This document shows, piece after piece, positions 55,997 through 64,000 of a stretch of DNA of 64,000 nt (position 1 is the stretch's first letter; each line of letters opens with the position of its first letter). The stretch covers positions 178,994,001 to 179,058,000 of the forward strand of contig OZ024740.1 of the NCBI GenBank assembly GCA_964016885.1, in the 5' to 3' direction. Made by a program: the position numbers and the translations under genes. The stretch is from Eledone cirrhosa (lineage: Eukaryota). The notes beneath the pieces were generated by a model that was given only the letters and a program-made list of their open reading frames with translations, made no database searches and was not told where the DNA came from.

Positions 55997-57950
55997 GCCT
56001 GCCTGAACCTATTCCTCCAAGATCACCGTGAAAATAATAACATCATCACAGATGAACAAGCAACTGGGAAAAAAAGGGTTTGGGGATGTGCTGAACAACT
56101 CCTAATCAACAAAACTGCGAAGTCCGAGGTGCGACAACTTAGAAGGAATATGGCTACAGTCTGGCTGGACTACAGGAAAGCTTTCACTTCTGTTCCCCAC
56201 TCTTGGATGATAGAGGCCCTCCAACTTGGTACAGTCCCAGACATTATTGTCAGAGCTATAGAGAGGCTGTCTTCCTCTTGGGCTACTATCCTAAGGTTAA
56301 AGACAGAGAGGGAGGACTCTATTTTCACTGATAAAATAAAATATTGCAGGGGTATATTTCAGGGGGACAGACTCTCTGTGATATTATTCATCTTGTCATT
56401 AAACCCCTTGTCCTTTCTACTCAAGAAATCTGAGGGATACATCATTGGCTCACAGGAGGACAGAAATATGAACCTAACCCATAATTTCTTTGTGGACGAT
56501 CTGAAACTCTATGCCAAGAATATAGGTGGTATGAAGAAAAATCTTAACCTGGTTACAACGTTCTCAAAGGATATAGGAATGGAGTTTGGTCGAGCTAAAT
56601 GCTCATATATGACTGTAAAGCGGGGAAAAACAACAACCCAATCTAGAAACAGTGTCATCAATGGCCTAACTGTTTCACCGATATCTGATGAGGACTGGTA
56701 CAGATACCTGGGGATAGATGAGAACATATCCTATAATGGTATCTGTAATAAGGAACGCGTAACCAGTGAATACTACACCCGATTAAGAAAGATTTGGTCA
56801 TCGGAACTCTCTGCGCAAAACAAAACAGTGGCTCACAATGCTGTGCCTGTCCTAACACCAACGTTTGGAATACTCAATTAGACGTTAGACGAAATCGGAG
56901 CAGTTGATGTTGGAACTCGAAAAATACTAAACAACACCGGAAACTTCCACATCAACAGTGACATAGTCCGCCTTTACTTGAAACGTAAGCAGGGAGGCAG
57001 AGGCCTAACATCAGTCCAGACAACATTTGAATGTCGCATCATATCTCTCCGACAACATCTAAGAACCTCGAAGTAGGAGCCCGTCTCTCGAGCAAGTCTA
57101 TCTGCATGAAACAGATAAGATCATGAGAGTTGGGAAGGAACTCCTCGAGAGATATTCCCTGCGTGATAATCAAAAACTCACACACAGGGAAGTCGCTCAG
57201 CAGTATCACAGTGAATCCATGAATGAAAAGCTGCATGCTTATCAGCAAAAAATCATGCATAGATATGTTGTCAGGAAGCTCCAGAGTGAGAGTAATATAG
57301 ATAAGGAAAGTAGTCCATCTTGGACTAACAACCACTATATTGGCTCCCACTTTGAAGGATACGCTTTTGCAATCCAAGAACAGGAGATTGACACGAAATA
57401 CCTGATTCACAAAAGAGATAGGGATGCAGTCAAAACACCCAGATGTGATAACAAGTGCAGATATCACCCATGTCATCAGCAGCTGTCCAAAGATGTCATC
57501 GCGGTACTATCTACCTATGAGGCATGATGTAGTGGCCAAAACTCTGTACAATGCAGTTTGTAAAATAGATAGCCCCAATAATAAACACATTAAAAGCTAC
57601 AGCAATGTGGAATACATCCATGTACATAATATGAAAGAGTACCAGTGGAACGTTCCAGTACAAACCCCAATAAAATGCAAGCATAACAGACCAGATATTA
57701 TGATATGGGACAGGGAGAAGAAAACATGCACAGTAGTGGAAATTAGCTGCCCAGCAGATGCCAATATAATATCAAAGATTAGAGAAAAGGAGAATATTTA
57801 TGCAGAAATGATGAGAAATTTGCAGATACGCCACCCTGATTACACCTTCAGATTTATGCCTGTGATTATTGGGGCACTGGGATATGTTAGTAACGGCCTC
57901 AATACAAATCTTGAGAAGCTAGGCTTCACAGGAACAGAAAGAACACAACT
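55997..57950 (+). pseudogene. 5'-truncated R4/Dong-type non-LTR retrotransposon: RT plus CCHC plus restriction-like endonuclease
   Basis: WLDYRKAFTSVPHSW, RGIFQGDRLS..LFIL, HNFFVDDLKLY, YRYLG, LYLKRKQGGRGL, FAIQEQ, HVISSC, RHD, RPDIMIWD..VVEIS, K..Y. Confidence 0.88.
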
Positions 57951-58458
57951 ATACATATGCACACATACAACTCAAAACATCCACATCCACACATACAATA
58001 ACATCCATATCTACACATACATGCATGCATACATAATCTACCTAGTTGATGTTGTGTAAATTTCAATGAGAGAGTCTTGTGTCTATGTTAGAAACCGGCT
58101 CTCTCTCTATTGGGAAAAGATTTGTGAAATTATAAAACCAGAAGAACATATATACAAACAAACAAACAAACATAGAATTGAAAACGCTGAGATCCCAAAC
58201 GTAGCAATGAATTGGAACAACAGTCTGTCTTATGGAATGATAAATTAGAAAATTGGGTAAAATACCCGTTATAGATTGAAAAAATGCAGCCAATATTCGC
58301 TACGAACCGGCTACAAACCACCTCTTTCTTATTTATAGGGTTACTTTACCCGACTTTCTACTCAATCGTTTATAGCGATAGACTTATAACAATTATTTTC
58401 TGCGTTTGAGATACCCATGTCAAACTTCACACTACCCAGAGCTTCAATAATTCACAAG

Positions 58459-58521
<63 letters not shown>

Positions 58522-58883
58522 TATGTGTGTGTGCGTGCGTGCTTGTGGGTATGCATATGCAACAAGTAAAAGGAAATATTGAAGCATACAACAGAGTACA
58601 ATGAAGAAATATATTAGTTTAACGCTTGATATAGTAGTATATAAATATACTTATAAATATATATAGATACGTGGGTGCATTATCTGTCAGATAATTGAAA
58701 TTGCCTTCAGCGAGAGGGCAGAATTTGTATATTACTAATTTAATATAAGCTGATGAAGGAACTACTATATACACACAACATTTGTTCATTTGATAGCCAA
58801 CTTCTAGTGATATACTTTGACTCTGAAGACATCATCAACACATCTAGTATCAATTTCTCCGTCATTATTTATATTGGACACTG

Positions 58884-59070
58884 TGGTGGATTGGCAGTAT
58901 CGGTAGAGAGTCGGACGCCATGCTTTGAAGCATAGAGTTACGTCCCTTTATGATCTGAGTTCAAATGCCGCCGAGGTTAACTTTGCCTTTCATCCTTACG
59001 GGGTCGATAAAATAAAGTACCAGTAATGTACTGGGTAATTGCTGGCCTTGTGCCTAAAATAGAAACAATT
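58884..59070 (+). mobile_element. SINE family A with 19-bp TSD
   Basis: ATTTATATTGGACACTGTG on both sides. Confidence 0.9.
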
Positions 59071-59319
59071 ATTTATATTGGACACTGTGTGTTTATATTT
59101 TTGTCAACGTTATTGAAAATTTCCACCATGTCCTTTTCCGCTTTCTTTAATTTTTGTTTTCCTTCTTATTTCCAACAATTACTGCAGTCATCATCATCAT
59201 CATCAACACCTTCATTATCTCAATCATTATTACTATCATCGTCATTATCAGCATAGCTAACATCATCATCAGTAAAAATACATTTCTGTGTAGACATCGT
59301 TATTTAATCAGTCTCTGAT

Positions 59320-59500
59320 GGTGGATTGGCAGTATCGGTAGAGGGTCAAACACCATGCTTTCCAGCATAGTTACGTCCCTTACCGATCTGAGTTCAAATC
59401 CCACCGAGGTTGACTTTGCCTTTCATCCTTACGGGGTCGATAAAATAAAGTACCAGTAATGCACTGGGTAATTGCTGGCCTTGTGCCTAAAGTATAAACA
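59320..59500 (+). mobile_element. SINE family A
   Basis: TSD TTATTTMATCAGTCTC. Confidence 0.9.
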
Positions 59501-59689
59501 GTTATTTCATCAGTCTCCGCCATCACAACTAACACCATCACCACCACCACTGACCATCACCACTAGCACCATCACCACCATCACTGCACCACTAACACCA
59601 TCACCACCACCACTGCACCATTCTGGGTTCATAATCATTCTTTTTACTCAAGCTAATATTTTCCCTTTGTTTTTTCTCCCTACAGTCAG

Positions 59690-59895
59690 GGTTGACACTG
59701 CATTAAGTCATCCTGTGAGAGTCCCTACACGGTTACACTGGAAGGGGGAGACTGAGAATGACATATGTTGATGCTCTAAGGACAGACACGAGTCTCTGGG
59801 AGATGCGTTACATAGCGGTGATGATGAAGGACAGAGACTGCTGGAGAGAACTCGTCCATGGATCTCGGGAATTTTACTCGCCCTAGATTGATGAA
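59690..59895 (+). pseudogene. RTE-clade LINE 3'-end fragment
   Basis: PTHG..RGR.RMTYVDAL..DT...MMKDRDCWRELV. Confidence 0.65.
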
Positions 59896-60006
59896 GACAA
59901 AAATGTCATCAAACTACAGTTACATCAACATAGAAACAAGACAATAAGAGAATAGAAACTGCAACAAAATAATCCAGGCACTTGATGTAATATATAGAAA
60001 AAATAA

Positions 60007-60140
60007 CTTTTTCTACATTTGGTACAGGGTAAGGAATTTGAAGGGAAGGGGAAAGTCGATTAAATCGGCCCAATGCGTTATTGGTGCTTTATTTTATCGA
60101 TCCCGTGTGGATGACGCAAAGCTGACCCCGACGTGATTTA
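60007..60140 (-). mobile_element. Diverged SINE family A fragment
   Basis: TTTATTTTATCGATCCCG..GGATGA central domain. Confidence 0.6.
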
Positions 60141-60530
60141 AGACGAACATATTTATATGACATCCACACAAAATGATCAGGTAATCAAACAATTTACCCT
60201 ATTAGGCACGGAATACATTTTAAATGAAATCTTTTCAATTCACTGACACAGCTCTCACATAACATATTCTATATCAGAGTTTCCAAAAGTATGTTCCAAT
60301 TAACCCCAGAGATCTACGAAAAACTCCTTCTTCTTCTTCTTCTTACCTATGTTAATCGATATTCTTGCCCATTTTAATCAATGTTTTTTTTAATAATTTC
60401 TTGTTGCATCAGCATTTGCTTTCAACAAGAGAGACCCCCTAATATTTGGCCCATTAGCCCAAATATTTGAATTTTAAATTTCATCGAAGCTCTTAAAACT
60501 TTTGAAAAGTGAAGGACAGTGTCCCCATCA

Positions 60531-60562
<32 letters not shown>

Positions 60563-60819
60563 AACGACGACAACGACGACGGCAACAGCAATAGCAACAG
60601 CAGCAGCAGCAGCAGCAGCACAAACAATGGTATTCTATAGAGTAACGTTACTCCAAAGGAACTTCGGAGGAACCCCGCTTGTATTTACGATCATATTCTT
60701 TCGGTCATTACAAAAGATTAATGACCATAAATAAAGTCTGACACGAACACTGAATTGAAGATAGTGAGTTTGGTTTTTACATCTACTTCCTTTGACTACC
60801 GAATGCTGAACCTAGCGCA

Positions 60820-61555
60820 TTAACGTACCAGCTCCTGCAATTCTTGCACTTAATCCAGTCTCCTGCATTCCATCACTCGGCCACGAAATACTTGAACTTC
60901 TTCACCTGATTCAGTGGCAATCCATTCATATGTAGAGTGCACTGCGCAGGCTACCTTGAGAGGACGAGCGTCTCAGATTTTGCAGCACTGATTTTCATTC
61001 CAGTCATGCACCACTCGGTAACAAACCTAGCAAGTGCAAGTCGGAAATTACTTTTTTGTCTGCACATTCCAGCCGACTAATTCTACACCTACCAGTCGTG
61101 ATACCACTTCAAACCCGGCTGCATATGTCAATCCTGTTCAAGAAAATAATGAACAGGTGAGGCGACAGTACGCACCTTTTGTAGAATACGATTCCTACTT
61201 TGTATGATTTCGACATATCCGAACAAAAATACTCGAGTATTCGTATAGAGACAGCGCAACAAGAAGCTGACCATCGATCCCATATTCCTGCAGAATCTTC
61301 CACAGAACCACCCATGGAATGATGTCATATGCCTTTTCGAGGTCTACAAAGCAAGAATATACCTCTTGGAGGTTCTCCCACAGTGTGAATATTTGATCGG
61401 CTATGCTGAGTCCGGGGCGAAAACCACGCTGTTCACCAGCTAGCTTGGATTCGACAATCTCCCTACATCTCTTTGCCAGACACTTATCGCACACTATACC
61501 GGAGAGGCTTAACGAAGAGATCACTCTATAATTGAAGCAATTCTCTTGTCTGCAT
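60820..61555 (-). pseudogene. RTE-clade LINE reverse transcriptase fragment
   Basis: EQRGFRPGLSIADQIFTL, CFVDLEKAYD, LSPHLFIIFL, LNQVKKFKY. Confidence 0.85.
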
Positions 61556-64000
61556 GCAATATCTTATTAAAATTAGGGTGGTGAAGACTGTCCTAGGTAC
61601 CGTGAAATTTGGAATATGGGTTAAGTATTCCGAAGCGAAACAAATTAAAAAAAACTCTGTTGAACACACGCACTTCCTGATAAACTATAAAGGCGTTCAT
61701 AACAAAGAAGATCAAAACTAAACATACATGAGCCAACGAGGGATCCCGTGAGTTGCCATTTTACCTGTTAGATATAGCAGCCAAACCACCCTAAACATCG
61801 CACACCTAATTATCTTTAAGTCATGAACACATTGGATAATGTAGTTCTATGTAATATAGGTTGTTTATTTCATTTAATGTCTCCTTTAAGTTAGAGTGAC
61901 AGGGATTGTGCATAAATGTCCTTAAAATATAAGCATGAGTTCAGTTATTTGGTGAAAAGGCTTAGCGGATTTTTGAAAATCGTAGAAAGGTTCTTTCTAC
62001 GACAACATAAGTTTGTGAACCACTTTTAAAGTATTTTCAATTTAAACAATTTACGAATTTACTTGCAACTTTTATCAGCAACACGCGGTATTTTTACAAT
62101 TTGTATCGGTACAAGCGGTACTGTTGCAATTTTTATCGGTAACAAGTGTAATTATTATATCATTCTGCGCGGAAACTATTTTCGTTTTAATTATGTTTGT
62201 GTGTCCTCTTCCGTATTTTCCTAAAATTGTTATTGCCGAACTGTCGTAACACTCTGTGGAATTATTATAATTGTCGTTGACTTTGCTTATTTAAACCATT
62301 TATTTGTTTTTATTGTTGTTTTCCATCTTGTTGCAGAACTGATCATTGGTGCAATGCTCTCGTCGCTTAATTGTTTCTCTCGCTATTGATAGCACGTTTT
62401 CAATTTTCAAAAATTCCCATTAATTAAATTTGATAATGTGCCAATTGTTTACAGAAACTAGAACGAGGTGAGTGCCAGAGAAAAGTGAATCTTTTAAACA
62501 ATTCGGTGAAACATATGATTTAGCCCCACCCAACTCCCATTTCATCCCAAATTCAGTGGCACTTGTGGCTGCCCAGAGATATTGAAAAATGCGATGGTAA
62601 CAGCAACATCGAAAAAGAAAAAGTGACACGACAAACTTGGCTTCTTCCAAAGATGGTGCATCTATCACCAACAGGTCAACATTACTATTCATCCTACCGG
62701 GTCAATAATATAAAGTACCATTCAAGTAAAGAGATTGATATAATCAGCTGTCCCATTCTCACCAAATTTCTGACTTTGTGTCTATGTTAGAAACGATTAT
62801 TGTTTTTAATTTGTAATTGTAATGTATCCTCATCCATTGTCCTTATGTCAAATAAAATAAAGTATTATTATTATTACAATTAATATCATCATCATTTTTC
62901 TTTTTATATTTCAGAGGTGACAAAAAGTTCAGTGATTTTATTTTTTCACTATCCCTAATATTTCTATTTTTTGCAAGTGAATTTGTTATCCAGTTCCTTT
63001 GGTGCACAGAGTTCGTCGGCATCAAACATCCGAGATAACCTCTCTACTTGATGAGGTGAAAAACGAAATAATAAAATAAATTTGGGTAGCCAATCGTGAA
63101 ATTCAAAGAAACCAATAGAGCTAACAGTATTATTTGTTGAGCGTTTTAGTTCGGTACATGATTTTTACAGCATACCTGCAACAACATTTTTTTCAGTATT
63201 TAAGTAAAAATGTTTTATCTCAATGATAGACGCTAACAAATTTGTTATGGAGAAGCTTAGTCGACTGAATCAACTAAAGTTCAAATCATACTGGGGTCAA
63301 CTTTGCATTTCATCCTAACAGGAGTTGATAAAGAAAGTATTTGGCTGAATGCAAAAATAAGAATAATTTACAATGTTTTTATCGGCTATTCAGTACTAAC
63401 GTTTTATTTTATTTTTTTTCAAAGACATGTCAGAAGACGAAAACAAGTTATTCTGTAGTCAAAGATTTTGAGAGAATTCTGACAGCAAAGTAGATAGTGT
63501 AAAAGTCCCTCAAGAATCAGATGATAAGTTTAAGCAATTAAATGTTACAATGATTGTTCGACAACGAAATGACGGCAATCATACTAATAGGTTTTCATTT
63601 AATCGGTGCTTATTTCATCACTTTTATCCTCTTATGAAATTTTGTCTTGCAACAGTGAGGCAGCAATCTCTCTCTCTATTATATATATATATATTTAAAT
63701 ATCTAGCTATCATTACAGTTGAGGAAGTGGCAATGAAAATAGATTTTAAAACTCACTCCCATTTAATTTAGAAAAATATTCGGAAAATTGCAGCTATTGT
63801 AAGAATTAAGATTTAATTGAGTAAATGCAATATAAAAAATTCCATAATATGTGTAGCTCTATGAACATGTGTGTTTTCGAATTTAAATTCGAAAGTCTTA
63901 GCTATACATATAATTAAGGAGTTATATAAATACAATTAAGGAGTATGTATATATATACACACAAAAATTAGAGAATTCGGCTCACGACCGTAAGGTCGTG

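Noticed and set aside
63400-63560. Purine-rich acidic coding-like stretch
   Set aside because: No sustained frame, splice support or motif.

Overview
AT-rich eukaryotic (metazoan) non-genic DNA made almost entirely of microsatellites [(TA)n, (CA)n, (CATA)n, (GA)n] and transposable elements. The repeat make-up suggests a coleoid cephalopod (Octopus-like) genome, which is inference and not database-confirmed. No host protein-coding gene could be supported, and most listed ORFs are microsatellite artefacts. Contents: four Penelope-like element (PLE) coding remnants; a decayed autonomous Helitron (about 20.4-25.5 kb) plus non-autonomous Helitrons; a young non-autonomous LTR element with a tRNA-Trp PBS; a probable solo LTR; an R4/Dong-type RLE LINE; several RTE fragments; about 14 copies of one tRNA-derived SINE; a TTAA MITE. 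The most striking pattern is a dense set of about 10 type I hammerhead-ribozyme-like motifs, several with unusually long stem II. They sit in short fold-back modules lodged in (TA)n tracts. Also notable are a conserved, probably structured motif shared by two diverged LINE 5' ends and a 32-nt extended tRNA-Trp PBS.
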